Shown: positions 9,625-20,258, counted from the whole stretch's first letter. The stretch: DNA of 61,210 bases, filler included, from Nitrospinae bacterium RIFCSPLOWO2_12_FULL_45_22 (GCA_001803565.1; 7 parts of 7 records of this genome joined end to end with filler, not necessarily neighbours in it); one strand, 5' to 3'. Program-made: numbers and translations. The notes: generated by a model from the sequence alone, not told the origin.

Positions 9625-10954
9625 ATAAGAGTTGTCTATCGTTGAACATCTGATGCCAATAATTGTAGTTATAATTAAGCACCTGATCAGTATTATAGCC
9701 TGGTTCTATTACAACTTTAGGATAGTCTACACCACTGTGTTCTAGCATACGGCTGGCCTTCTCATATAGTGCTCTATCAAAGTCATCAATTGGCAGATAG
9801 TTCTTTTCCCCATTTGGCATGAGAACAACTTTTGCATACATACGGTGCTGGGGTGGATGGCCTAGAGTCTTTACAGCCGCAGCGATAGGGAAGACATCCC
9901 TGCATTCAGGACAAGTCGCTTTGGTCTTATTAGCAGGGCCCTCTTGTGGATTGTAGGTCACGTGGCATTGATCACATCTTGCTTTGTTATCCCTTATCAA
10001 AACTAAATTTATAGCACCACACTTTGGACAAGTAGATTTAGCTTCGGGATATCGGCGTGAATATGCATGCTGCACAAAAATCCGATTACTAAAAAGGTCC
10101 ACCAGATTTCCGCAGTTGGGACAGGGAATAATCTTTACCCAAAAATAATAAAGTACATCCACAAGTCCATGATTTTTCAGTTTGGCTTTATAGTATGCCT
10201 TGATCTCGTTCGCTACATCTCTTTCTATCGAAGAAAATGTTTCGAGCACTTCTGATTCAGAATAGGAATTGAGGGCATTTCTAACAAGAAAATAGGAAAC
10301 GGGATTAATGTCTCTACCGATCACCCGGCACCCCAGTTTGTGGGATTCACCAACCGTAGTACCGCTTCCCATGAAAGGGTCATAAATAATAAAATCTGGA
10401 AATCGCACTGGTTTGTAAAACAAATCAAAAATATCTGTATCTATTGGTGTGCAAGCACCAATAATAATGGAACGGAAAACCGAGCCTAACCGCTGGGCCC
10501 ACCATTTATGAATATGGTAAATGGGACGATAAACTTCCTTTCGCCAGGACTCGATTTCAGCAAGTTCGGTAATCCTTTCGATTGGGAATGATGACTCAAT
10601 AGCCTTTCGATTAATTGTGTTACTAGCTATTTTATAAACAGGTTGTTCTTCGGCTACTTTGAGATAATTGGTATCTTTAAACAGACTTTGCCTTAACCGA
10701 TCTGTCGTTTTTCTTGGGTCAGTTTCAATCAAAGGCATCCACTCTTGAGGAACTCGGCGGGCAAGTAACATAAGTTCATCCTGCTCTTGGTTCAATACCT
10801 TAGCAAGCTTTTGAACCACTGCTTCGGAGGGCAAAACTTTGCCATTTTCTAAACGCGAGAGATAACTCCGGTCAATAGATATTTTTGCAGCAAGGGTTTT
10901 TAGAGAAATTTCTTTGGCTCTTCGTAATTGGCGAATGTAGCCTCCAAATTTCAT
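9625..10954 (-). CDS. XRE-HTH-fused, zinc-ribbon-containing DNA amino-methyltransferase (DUF1156-like), C-terminus truncated
   Basis: N-terminal HTH (IRQLRRAKEISLKTLAAKISIDRSYLSRLENGK), IHKWWAQRLGSVFR, SAM motif YDPFMGSGTT, four CxxC pairs, FNDRQLL. Confidence 0.88.
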
Positions 10955-10961
10955 AGTGCTA

Positions 10962-10993
10962 ATACTACTCCATGGTTGACTAAATTGTCAACC
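10962..10993 (-). promoter_or_regulatory. Sigma70 promoter overlapped by a palindromic operator
   Basis: Minus strand reads TTGACA-18 nt-TAGTAT-7 nt-ATG; perfect inverted repeat GGTTGAC-N6-GTCAACC at 10974-10993. Confidence 0.75.
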
Positions 10994-11003
10994 TTTAATA
11001 TCT

Positions 11004-11158
11004 TTATTGTCTATTGGCTTTACTCCCCCGAAAATTTTTTAACGCCTTATTTTATAGGGCTTTTGGGTGATTACCATTGAGAAACTCCTAAATCATGAAA
11101 TCCTTCTAAAAATCAGCGGTTACGACTATATTGGTGGAGCTAAGTCAATAGGCAATAA
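11004..11158. mobile_element. MITE-like element
   Basis: 23-bp imperfect terminal inverted repeats TTATTGTCTATTGGCTTTACTCC / GGAGCTAAGTCAATAGGCAATAA (19/23 match); no ORF. Confidence 0.5.
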
Positions 11159-11240
11159 TGAATTACCATTTCGGGCCACTGGAGTGATTTTCTTAGCTCT
11201 CTCGTAAGTATTTCAAGTATTGGCTTTCTATGATCGAATT

Positions 11241-12130
11241 TCACATGGGTTCAATTGGCAGCTTGAACTTTCCCCGGGGTTGTGTGCGGACTTCACGCGA
11301 GGGCGTTAGGAAAGGATTAGTCAAATCCTTGAGTTTGTGATCTCGTGGAATGTCTCTTGTTCTCCGATAGCAATAGAAAAGATGTTGTTCCTTGTCCAAC
11401 GAGCGGAATAATCTATACACCAATTTTAAATCTTTATAAGACAGCGGCAAATCGTGAGCCGGGTGGATAAGTGTAACTGTCCGGTCCAGTTCAGGAGTGC
11501 CTAATGGATTGGCGAAGATAAACATAGGTCTAGTCCTATCCGCACCATTACGATAACTTCCAAGATTTATTTTCTTCTCCCTTGGACCTACTATTGAGCA
11601 ATAAAGGTCAAAATCTTGATTCAGCACATTACCATCGCATAGGGCCAGGGCAGTTACTTTATAAGTGTTTGTATTTTTAGGAATGGGTTCCTGACAAACA
11701 AATAAATAGAAACCGCGAATATCCAGGGGGATATTATTTGCATCATATATTCGAACTGTTCCACAAGGGGGGTAGTGTTATAGTCTAGTCCAGACGCTCT
11801 TGCTACCGTCCCTCCTTTCGTCCTTTCAACTTTTTTCACCTCAACTGCGGCTATTCTAGTCAAGTCATTACGAAGCTTCTCCTTAACAACACCATTACAC
11901 AGTTTCGGTCGGAAGATTACAAAGTCAGGAGAGATAAGTGGGCCAGAAGATTTCTCGCAAATTGCATTTTTGATTTCTTCTGTCAGAACATGGTGGATAT
12001 ATTCATCTAGAGGGTCATCCTGGGTATTGAGTTTGTCGCGAAGGGAGTACGGTTTTGGACTACCATTTGTATCAAAGAAGTAGTCACTAAGTACCATAAA
12101 TACTTCAACCATCAGATCAGAATAAGTCAT
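11241..12130 (-). pseudogene. Putative PD-(D/E)XK restriction endonuclease split by a 1-nt frameshift
   Basis: SPDFVIF...AVEVKK motif. One extra base in the G6 run at 11767-11772 joins ORFs 11654-12130 and 11241-11627 through an open frame (YNTTPPCGTVRIYD...ALCDGNVLNQDF). Lies upstream of the methyltransferase. Confidence 0.7.
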
Positions 12131-12196
12131 AATGATCGCTTCCTTTCATACATTTCAAGATTTGCAACTAACTGGAAGGCATTAATGTCACTTATT

Positions 12197-13294
12197 TTAG
12201 GTACGTTGGGTACGATAGTGGGCCTTCTTTTTGTGCCGTTCTATGGCCAATTCTATTAATCGGTCTAATAGCCGCGAGTACGGGATACCACTAGCCTCCC
12301 ATAACTTAGGATAGACACTGGTAGCGGTAAATCCTGGAATAGTGTTAATCTCATTAAGATAAATTTTGTTAGTACCGTTTTCTAGAAAGAAGTCTACCCG
12401 GGCCATCCCACTGGCTCCAATGGCCTTGAAGGCCTTGATGCTTAGCCTCTGAACCTCACCGGTTATTGTGGCTGGTAAGGACGCCGGTATATGTATATTA
12501 ACCAACTCATCAGAATATTTTGTCTCATAATCATAAAACTCATGTCCCGGGATGATCTCTGCCAGCACTGATGCCTCAGGCTCTTCGTCACCTAAGACCC
12601 CGCACTCTAATTCCCGGCAATCAATGGCCTTTTCTACCAGTATTTTTTCCTGATAGAGACCCGCCTCAGCCACGGCATCTACTAATTCCTGACGAGCATT
12701 GGCTTTAGAGATGCCAATACTGGAGCCTAAAGCCGCTGGTTTAACAAAAACGGGATAACCCAGAGACTTTTCTATTTCCTCTGCTATCTGAAGAGACGAG
12801 GCTCTCCACTCTGTAAGTTTGAAAGTAAGAAAATCTACCACCGGTAGACCTGCTTCTCTTAATATGATCTTCATGTAGCCTTTATCCATACCTACCGCAG
12901 AGGCTAGCACTCCCGCACCTACGTAAGGTAAGTCTGCTATCTCACAAAAACCCTGAATAGTCCCATCTTCACCGTAAGGACCATGCAGCACAGGAAATAC
13001 TAGATCAATCCCCTGGATAAAGGGTTCAAACCCGCGCTTGGATTCATTCGCTAGCAGGAGGAGCCCGCGAGGCATGCGGTTCAAAGAGGGCGTAACTACC
13101 TGGCCAGCTACAGGGGCCAGGGAGCTACTCTTATGGGCTAGTGACCATTCTCCTTCAGGAGAGATGATAACGGCGATAACCTCGTACTTTTCTTTATCCA
13201 GGGCCTCTACAACCGATTTAGCTGAGTTTAAAGATACTTCATGCTCGGCTGAGCATCCTCCCGACAAGACCAACACTTTTAGTCGCTTATCCAT
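12197..13294 (-). CDS. ddl: D-alanine-D-alanine ligase
   Basis: GGCSAEHEVSL, FPVLHGPYGEDGTIQG, KPAALGSSIG, FYDYETKY, NEINTIPGFT. Confidence 0.97.
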   Translation of the reverse strand: MDKRLKVLVLSGGCSAEHEVSLNSAKSVVEALDKEKYEVIAVIISPEGEWSLAHKSSSLAPVAGQVVTPSLNRMPRGLLLLANESKRGFEPFIQGIDLVFPVLHGPYGEDGTIQGFCEIADLPYVGAGVLASAVGMDKGYMKIILREAGLPVVDFLTFKLTEWRASSLQIAEEIEKSLGYPVFVKPAALGSSIGISKANARQELVDAVAEAGLYQEKILVEKAIDCRELECGVLGDEEPEASVLAEIIPGHEFYDYETKYSDELVNIHIPASLPATITGEVQRLSIKAFKAIGASGMARVDFFLENGTNKIYLNEINTIPGFTATSVYPKLWEASGIPYSRLLDRLIELAIERHKKKAHYRTQRT

Positions 13295-13461
13295 AGATAT
13301 CCCTTTAATTATTCCTTGCCTGGTTTTTTGTGCCCGACTTCACCTACCAGACAAGATATTATGGCGGTCTTGAATGATTTGCAAGGGCTTTTTTAGCTGG
13401 AGGAAAAGTCTCTGATTTTTGATGCGAGGCAGCAATTCACCGCAAAGAGGGAGTAAAAACG

Positions 13462-13493
13462 AAAAAGGGGATGACTTTTTTCATCCCCTTTTT
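13462..13493. terminator. Bidirectional intrinsic terminator-like hairpin
   Basis: AAAAAGGGGATGA-CTTTTT-TCATCCCCTTTTT. Confidence 0.65.
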
Positions 13494-13816
13494 GCCTTTT
13501 TTTATTCTCCCGATTCTCTAAGGGAGACTAAGGCAGTTATCTGCCTTACTCATACCGCGGATATGATAACCGCCCCCCCCGGCCTATTTGCGGCTAGAGG
13601 CCAAAAGGGGCTAGCTAAAGGAAATTTATATACCTTAATCATACTAAGTAACATGGGCTTTCCCTTTCCTTACTTATTATTATATGACTTCTTTTTATTT
13701 TTGCAAACGAAAATCTTTGATCAGAGATTTTGTTTGAGCAAAACATAGCTACAAAAGTTATTACCCAAATCTCTATCGTAACCGTGCAAGGGATCTCCAA
13801 ACAGGGATATACAGGA

Positions 13817-13886
13817 TGGCGTAAGGGGTGAGGCGTAAAAAACATATAGGACATCACCCCTTACCACTTGCGACTCACGCCTTACG
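13817..13886. repeat. Inverted heptamer tandem-repeat hairpin (GGCGTAA/GGGGTGA family)
   Basis: GGCGTAAGGGGTGAGGCGTAA ... CCCCTTACCACTTGCGACTCACGCCTTACG. Confidence 0.65.
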
Positions 13887-13985
13887 CTGTTCATCTTGAT
13901 ATGGCGTTTTGACATTAAGGTCTTTTTGGGCTAACTTATTCCCTGGAAACAGATAAGCGATAGGAGCGCAAGTGAGGGATAGACT

Positions 13986-14840
13986 ATGATATTTCAGGAA
14001 AAGTTGATGCCTAAATATGGAGCATTATTGGATAGGCTCAAAGCCTTTGTGGTAGCTTCTTCTATCAACCTTAAATATTTTGATATTACCCCATTTGGTC
14101 TCAAGATAGCCGCAGAAAATATCATTAACCCCTTACGGACAGATTCTCAGCCGTTTCTGAGCCTGCTCCAAGTCCTTGACAGGAAAGCCTTTGGCTCGGG
14201 GGAAGCGGGAGAATTGACGGCACCTAAATGGTTATTTTATGATTGTGCGGAGTTCCCTGGGGGTATCTTTGGCTTTGGCTTTCAGGGTAAAGAATCATCT
14301 CTCCAGGCTAAGCAGCTTATGGGACTGGATAAAGATTACCGGGGGCTAGTACCTATCTCTATGTTGATTACTATACCTATGATCGAGCCCGGCGTTTGGA
14401 TGAGCCATACCTTGAGTTCTCTTAGTCAGGCTTTGCCAGGCGAGGGATTGGCTGGTCTTGGCGCCTTAACCAAGACACTAGCAATAAAGGTTTTTAGGGT
14501 AAGGATGTTATACGGTGCTACCCAGTGGGATAATCCCAGTGTTTATATTCATGCAAAATTTGGCCCCCTAAAACTGGTCACGGCTTACACGCCGGCCCAT
14601 TCATTGGAAAATACCTTCACCTATTGTGTGGATATCAATGATGAAGTTTTAATCAGGATACTTACGGATGATTCCCCGAGAACTTCCGACTACAGCTTCT
14701 TTTTAGCGGTGGATGATATTGCCAAGATGAAAGAAATGCAAGGTCAGATCGAAGAGCATAAGGCGGAGTACTGGATTGCTGGCCCACCCTGCAGAAAAGA
14801 TAATAAGGCCTTTGTCCCAATAAAGATGACACCCTGCTAA
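13986..14840 (+). CDS. Hypothetical protein
   Basis: 284-aa ORF with RBS GAGGGA; no family recognised. Confidence 0.75.
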   Translation: MIFQEKLMPKYGALLDRLKAFVVASSINLKYFDITPFGLKIAAENIINPLRTDSQPFLSLLQVLDRKAFGSGEAGELTAPKWLFYDCAEFPGGIFGFGFQGKESSLQAKQLMGLDKDYRGLVPISMLITIPMIEPGVWMSHTLSSLSQALPGEGLAGLGALTKTLAIKVFRVRMLYGATQWDNPSVYIHAKFGPLKLVTAYTPAHSLENTFTYCVDINDEVLIRILTDDSPRTSDYSFFLAVDDIAKMKEMQGQIEEHKAEYWIAGPPCRKDNKAFVPIKMTPC

Positions 14841-14870
14841 TAGGCAAAGCCTGGGTCTTTATCAATAAAT

Positions 14871-16342
14871 ATGGGTGAAAAATCTAAAAAGAAAAGCATA
14901 ATAACGGCCATCTGCCTGTCACTCTTCTGTTTCATCCTCCTGGCATCTCTCTTGCCTTATCTAGTTACCTCGGCGCGGGTAGAAAAATATATCACCTTAA
15001 AGCTAAGCAGCTTTTTACAAACAAAAACCAGCTTGCAGAATATAAGCCTGAGTCTCTGGCCCCCAATAGGGATCAAGGTAGCGGGCCTGGAGATTAAAGA
15101 TATAGGTCCGGGCGAGGAAAATCTTATCCAGCTAGAAGATTTGTCTCTAAAGGTCTCCCCCTTACCCCTTCTCTGGGGGCAAGTATCCCTAAAAGAGGTA
15201 AGGCTGAAAGGTCTGACTCTAAATATTAAGCGGAACAGCCAGGGAGAGACAAACCTTGCCCGTCTTTTAATGGTGAATGAAAGAACTAGCCCGAAAAGGT
15301 GGTATTTACCATTTTCTTTAAAGATAAAAAACCTGATAATAGAGCATGGGCAAATCATCGTCCGGGATGAGGCATTAACCTCCGCCCCTTTTACTTTTGC
15401 CCTGAGCGATGTTGGTATAAGTATTCGGGGAGTTTCCTTTGATCGGCCTTTCCCCTTCCAGTTAGAGGCCCAGCTACCGGATAGCATACGACCCGCTAAG
15501 ATTGCACTACAGGGTAAAATCATTCCTCCACCCAACCATCAGAGTTGGTCAAAATATAGAATAGACAGCACTATCCAGATAAGTTCTTTACCTCTGGCTC
15601 AATTTACCCCTATCCTGGCCAGCAAAAGGCTAGGGGGTTGGATAGATATAACCGGTAACTACTCAGGAGAGATAACTGGCCCTTTCTCCTCTTCTTTCCA
15701 GGTTAAGTTCCTTTCCCTTGACCTCGATGATCCCCGGTTATTTCAACAACCCATATACTTGCCCGAAGGGCAACTCAGTTTTAAGCTCGATAATGTTGAT
15801 AAGCGATTAGCCCTGGAGGATATATTACTTACAACTGGCGTATATTCCCTAAAAGGGTTTTGCCGTTTAGAGAACCAGGAACTCCATGCCCAATTTAATT
15901 CTGCGTCTCCTGTACTGCTGACTTCTATCAAAGACCATTTACCCCAGCAGATATTTCCTAAGCCCATCTACAAATATATCCAGAAGAGGATGCTGCGGGG
16001 TCAGATTGATAACTTCAGCTTAGAGATTAAAGGTGGGCTGAGAGAGATTACCAATAAAGAACTAATAGCTAAAAAGAATCTAATAATGGCCCAGACAAGA
16101 CTTTCTGAGGTAGAGTTGACCTTTGATGATCATTTCCATTCTGTGGAGGAGGTAAAGGGCCTGGTGAGCTTCCGGCAGGGTAAGCTGATCTTCTCTGACC
16201 TGCAAGGTCGTTACAAAGGCTCTGGGCTCCTAAGAGGCTCCGGGCAAATAGACCATCTCTTAGGGCTTCCTGTCTTAAGCCTATCTATTGAAGGGCCTAT
16301 ACGGGTAGAGGACCTGGGAGCGGATTTTGCCGCTGATAAATC
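14871..16342 (+). CDS. AsmA-like/YhdP family envelope protein, truncated
   Basis: N-terminal TM helix, ISLSLWPPIGIKV, KVSPLPLLWGQVSLKEVRL, beta-rich body. Confidence 0.8.
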
Positions 16343-16442
16343 NNNNNNNNNNNNNNNNNNNNNNNNNNNNNNNNNNNNNNNNNNNNTTAATTAATTAANN
16401 NNNNNNNNNNNNNNNNNNNNNNNNNNNNNNNNNNNNNNNNNN
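16343..16442. other. Artificial contig linker
   Basis: N44-TTAATTAATTAA-N44. Confidence 0.99.
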
Positions 16443-16487
16443 CAATCCTATTCCTATAATAGTAACACTATTGATTTGAGATGGCAT
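16443..16487 (-). CDS. Start of a probable prephenate dehydrogenase (truncated)
   Basis: MPSQINSVTIIGIGL Rossmann start directly after aroF. Confidence 0.55.
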
Positions 16488-16498
16488 TGCTATTTTGA

Positions 16499-17512
16499 TT
16501 AAATGGTTCGGTTAATGGCCTGGGCTACCCTGGCCAGATCGGTCATCAAATCCTTAAATCGGGATGGGAGCAAGGATTGGGGGCCATCAGAAAAGGCCTT
16601 CTCTGGGTAAGGATGAACCTCTATTAAGAGCCCATCGGCTCCAGCAGCGATAGCCGCTTTAGCCATAGGTGAAACAAATTCCCACTTGCCTACTCCATGG
16701 CTAGGATCAACTATTACCGGCAAGTGGCTTAAGGATTTAATTACTGGGACAGCACTCAGGTCCAGGGTATTTCTAGTAAAGTTCTCAAAGGTACGGATAC
16801 CTCGCTCACAGAGGATAACCTTATGGTTGCCTTCTGAGAGGATATATTCCGCAGACATCAACAATTCCTTGACCGTGGCACTCATGCCCCTTTTTAATAC
16901 CACGGGCTTTTCTTGCGAGCCGACTTCCTTCAACAAGCGAAAATTTTGCATGTTGCGGGCCCCAATCTGAATAATATCTGCATATTCCTTCACCAGCCCC
17001 ATCTCCCTGGGGTCCATCAACTCGGTAACAATTAATAGACCCGTCTTCTCCCGGGCCTCCGCAAGATATTTGAGGCCCTCTTCTTCCAACCCCTGAAAGT
17101 TATAGGGAGAGGTTCTGGGTTTAAAGGCCCCACCCCGCAAGAAATTCGCCCCAGACTCTTTCACCTGATAGGCTATCTCGAGCAGCAGTTCCCGCTCCTC
17201 TACCGCACACGGACCAGCCATAACCTGCAACTTTTGACCGCCAATCTCCTGCTTATCTACCCGTATAACGGTATCTTCCGGTTTAAATTCTCTACTAGCC
17301 AGCTTAAAGGGTTGCAGGATAGGCATAACTTTCTCCACCCCGGGGAAGGCTTCCAGGGGCTGATTATGCAAGATAGATTCATCGCCAATAGCCCCTATGA
17401 TAGTCCTAAACTCCCCTTTTGATACATGGCCCGAAAGGCCCAGGCTCTTCAATTTTTCTAAGACCGTCTGCAAATTTTCCTCTGTAGCGTCAGGTTTTAA
17501 GACAATAATCAT
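16499..17512 (-). CDS. aroF: DAHP synthase, class I-beta with regulatory N-terminal domain
   Basis: [55 protein letters not shown]. Confidence 0.96.
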   Translation of the reverse strand: MIIVLKPDATEENLQTVLEKLKSLGLSGHVSKGEFRTIIGAIGDESILHNQPLEAFPGVEKVMPILQPFKLASREFKPEDTVIRVDKQEIGGQKLQVMAGPCAVEERELLLEIAYQVKESGANFLRGGAFKPRTSPYNFQGLEEEGLKYLAEAREKTGLLIVTELMDPREMGLVKEYADIIQIGARNMQNFRLLKEVGSQEKPVVLKRGMSATVKELLMSAEYILSEGNHKVILCERGIRTFENFTRNTLDLSAVPVIKSLSHLPVIVDPSHGVGKWEFVSPMAKAAIAAGADGLLIEVHPYPEKAFSDGPQSLLPSRFKDLMTDLARVAQAINRTI

Positions 17513-17591
17513 TTTTATCCTCTTCCTTTAATCCTATTATCCCTTTATCCAGTGTAAGTATTCAGTAAACCACGAGATTAACACAAGATTA

Positions 17592-17778
17592 TCACAAGAT
17601 TTTCCTCCTAATCTCTTAACTCTCCTTGCCAAAATTTAGTAGCCTTCAATGCTAAAAATCCGGGGCCTAATATTTTATGCACTTCCATAACGGCACCAAT
17701 AATCTTTTCAGTTATATTTTTATAGAGGCATTTCTCTTCATTATCTGGTGTAAATCTGGTGAAATCTTGTGGTTTCAT
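17592..17778 (-). pseudogene. Internally deleted GxxExxY protein gene flanked by inverted 9-10-mer tandem repeats
   Basis: N-terminal part LYKNITEKIIGAVMEVHKILGPGFL joined out of frame to C-terminal LLNFGKES*EIRRKIL; flanks AAACCACGAGATT...(CACAAGATT)n and (AATCTGGTG)n...AATCTTGTGGTTT. Confidence 0.8.
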
Positions 17779-18089
17779 TAAACAGAGCTCAGTGAGTATT
17801 TACTATCCGGTTTTATTCTCCATCAAATAAGCTTAACCACTTATACCTGGTATCAGAATAATGTGTTGTGAAAAGATATAGCGGTAAAGCTGGCTTTGCA
17901 GGCTTTTTTCAGAGTGAGCTACCCTACTTAAATATCGTATAATATTAAATTAAATGCTTATAAATAGCAAGTCCAAAATTGATATTTTCTCATTTGACTT
18001 GCTAGTGAGGCTATGATATTTTCATTCCCACCTGGAACGACCGACCGGATAGCGATGCGCAACCGTTGAGTAAGAAGAAAGGAGAAAAT

Positions 18090-19202
18090 ATGAAGGCGTT
18101 AATCATCGGGGGAACAGGGCCAACCGGCCCTTATATGATCGAAGGCTTACTAAAAAGAGGATATGATGTGACTATATTTCATCGGGGCACCCATGAAATA
18201 GACCTGCCTAAAGAAGTGGAGCATATTCATGGTGACCCTCATTTCGTGGAGACTTTAGAGGCAGCATTGGGTAGCCGCACCTTTGATTTAGTGATAGCTG
18301 CCTATGGAAGGTTACGCTATGTGGCTCAAGTTATGAAGCGTAGAACGCCCCGGTTTATTGCCTTAGGCGGTATAGGTGTATATAAAGGATTTGTGGACCC
18401 GGGCCATCACCCCCCAGGGGGCCTCTTAGTACCTACTCCCGAGGATGCCCCGCTGATTAGTGATCCCGAAGTAAACTGCTTTGCCCACCTGATGGTCCTC
18501 AGCGAAGAGGCCGTTATGCAAGCCCATCGAGAGGGATATTATAATGCTACTATTTACCGCCTACCCATGGTTTATGGCGCCCGGCAGCCTATACCAATGG
18601 AATGGAGTGTAATGAGGCGAATTCTTGATGGACGGAAATATATCGTTATCCCTGATGGTGGTCTAAGCCTGGAGACCAGGGGGTATGCCGAGAATGTAGC
18701 TTATGCCATGCTCCTGGCAGTGGACCAGCCGGAGAAATCTGCTGGGCAGATCTATAATGTGGGTGACGAAAAAGTGCTCAGCCTTTACGAATGGATAGTG
18801 CTGATCACCAATATAATGGGATATTCCTGGGAATTAGTGAATATGCCGGAAAACCTTGCGCGGCCCAGCCGGCCTTATCTCAGCTATAGCGGCAAAACCA
18901 GTCATAGGGTGATGGACATAACTAAAATAAAGCGAGACCTGGGCTACCGCGATCCAGTGCCTGTCGAAGAGGGCCTGAGGCGAACGGTTAACTGGTATTT
19001 AGAACATCGCCCAGCACCGGGAGGAGAGGTAGAGCAGCGGCTTCAGGACCCCTTTGATTATCAGGCTGAAGACCGACTGATCGAGGCTTATAAGGCAAGT
19101 GTGGATCGTCTCTTACAAATCCCCTATGCCCTCGAGGGACGCTATCATCCTTATGCCCATCCTAGAGAACCGGGGAAAATACGGGACCATCGGCAAAGAT
19201 AA
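18090..19202 (+). CDS. NAD-dependent epimerase/dehydratase family protein
   Basis: MKALIIGGTGPTG, VTIFHRG, RLPMVYG, GQIYNVGDE; RBS AAAGGAG. Confidence 0.88.
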   Translation: MKALIIGGTGPTGPYMIEGLLKRGYDVTIFHRGTHEIDLPKEVEHIHGDPHFVETLEAALGSRTFDLVIAAYGRLRYVAQVMKRRTPRFIALGGIGVYKGFVDPGHHPPGGLLVPTPEDAPLISDPEVNCFAHLMVLSEEAVMQAHREGYYNATIYRLPMVYGARQPIPMEWSVMRRILDGRKYIVIPDGGLSLETRGYAENVAYAMLLAVDQPEKSAGQIYNVGDEKVLSLYEWIVLITNIMGYSWELVNMPENLARPSRPYLSYSGKTSHRVMDITKIKRDLGYRDPVPVEEGLRRTVNWYLEHRPAPGGEVEQRLQDPFDYQAEDRLIEAYKASVDRLLQIPYALEGRYHPYAHPREPGKIRDHRQR

Positions 19203-19319
19203 AAGGTTGACAACAATACCTCAATAAAATAATCTTTCCCTACCCCGGGGATAGATAGGTAGCAACAGACTTTGAGCCCAAAGAGAATAAACCGTTTTTA
19301 AGCGAGGAGGAGAGAGAAG

Positions 19320-20147
19320 ATGGGTGAATATGTTACCGTTAATGGTCACAAGATATACTATGTCAAAAAGGGTGATAAGGGTGAACCTATTGTCTGTATC
19401 CACGGTATACCTACATCTTCTTTCCTGTGGCGCAAGGTACAGGAAAGATTAGCGGCTTATTACCAGACTTATGCCCTGGACCTATTGGGGTATGGTAAAT
19501 CAGACAAACCACCAGAGGCAAAATATACTGCCACTGCCCAGGCTGAGGTCATTAAAGGTTTTATAGATGCCTTAGGTTTAAAAAAGGTAACTATTGCCTG
19601 CCATGATCAGGGCGGGGCTTTTGGTCAGGTCTTCGCTTGTAAATATAACGATCGCCTCAACCACTTTATATTCATGAATGGTGTGGCTTATGACTACTGG
19701 CCCGTGATAGAAGTCAAGGCTATGGGCAAAATGATTGCTGCACCGGATTTCTTTTTCCAGTTACCACTCTTTGAGATGATGCTCCCGCCCTTGCTGCGGG
19801 GAACGGCTTATAATAAGGCGGCATTCCCGGATAAGGTTGCCCGGGAATATATGGCCCCCTGGATGGGACTGGAAGGGGCTAAGGCACTAGTGCGGGTAGC
19901 CGCAGGTCCTTCTGAAGCAGAGACTATGGCTTTAGACCTCTCAAAGATTAAATGCCCGGCATTGGTCATCTGGGCACTGGATGATCCTTATTTGCCTTTT
20001 GAGATAGCTGAAAGATTAAAGCAAGACCTGGGAGGTCCAGTAAGGATCGCTACTATACCCGAATGTGGCCATTTCTTGCAAGAAGAAAAGCCAGAGGAAG
20101 TAGCAGCCATTATTCATGATTTCCTTACTGAATACTCCAAGAGATAA
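19320..20147 (+). CDS. Alpha/beta hydrolase (epoxide hydrolase/dehalogenase-like)
   Basis: CIHGIPTSSFLW, DLLGYGKSD, nucleophile elbow CHDQGG, CGHFLQEEKP. Confidence 0.9.
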   Translation: MGEYVTVNGHKIYYVKKGDKGEPIVCIHGIPTSSFLWRKVQERLAAYYQTYALDLLGYGKSDKPPEAKYTATAQAEVIKGFIDALGLKKVTIACHDQGGAFGQVFACKYNDRLNHFIFMNGVAYDYWPVIEVKAMGKMIAAPDFFFQLPLFEMMLPPLLRGTAYNKAAFPDKVAREYMAPWMGLEGAKALVRVAAGPSEAETMALDLSKIKCPALVIWALDDPYLPFEIAERLKQDLGGPVRIATIPECGHFLQEEKPEEVAAIIHDFLTEYSKR

Positions 20148-20150
20148 AGT

Positions 20151-20218
20151 AGTAACAGTTCACCGGGGTCAGGGATTAGTTGTCAGGCAGTCTTTTTCTG
20201 AACCCTCTGAACTGTTAC
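20151..20218. repeat. Small palindromic repeat element
   Basis: GTAACAGTTCA ... TGAACTGTTAC inverted ends; a related end GTAACCGTTCA occurs near 54472. Confidence 0.6.
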
Positions 20219-20258
20219 CTAAACGGAACTCTGTTCTTCATAAACCAAGGAGATTAGG

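Noticed and set aside
6565-12130. Apparent defence island of CRISPR-Cas next to the R-M genes
   Set aside because: The two are on different contigs separated by a linker, so adjacency is not evidence.
13419-13915. Three short overlapping ORFs in the ddl upstream region
   Set aside because: Low-complexity translations without RBS or motifs.
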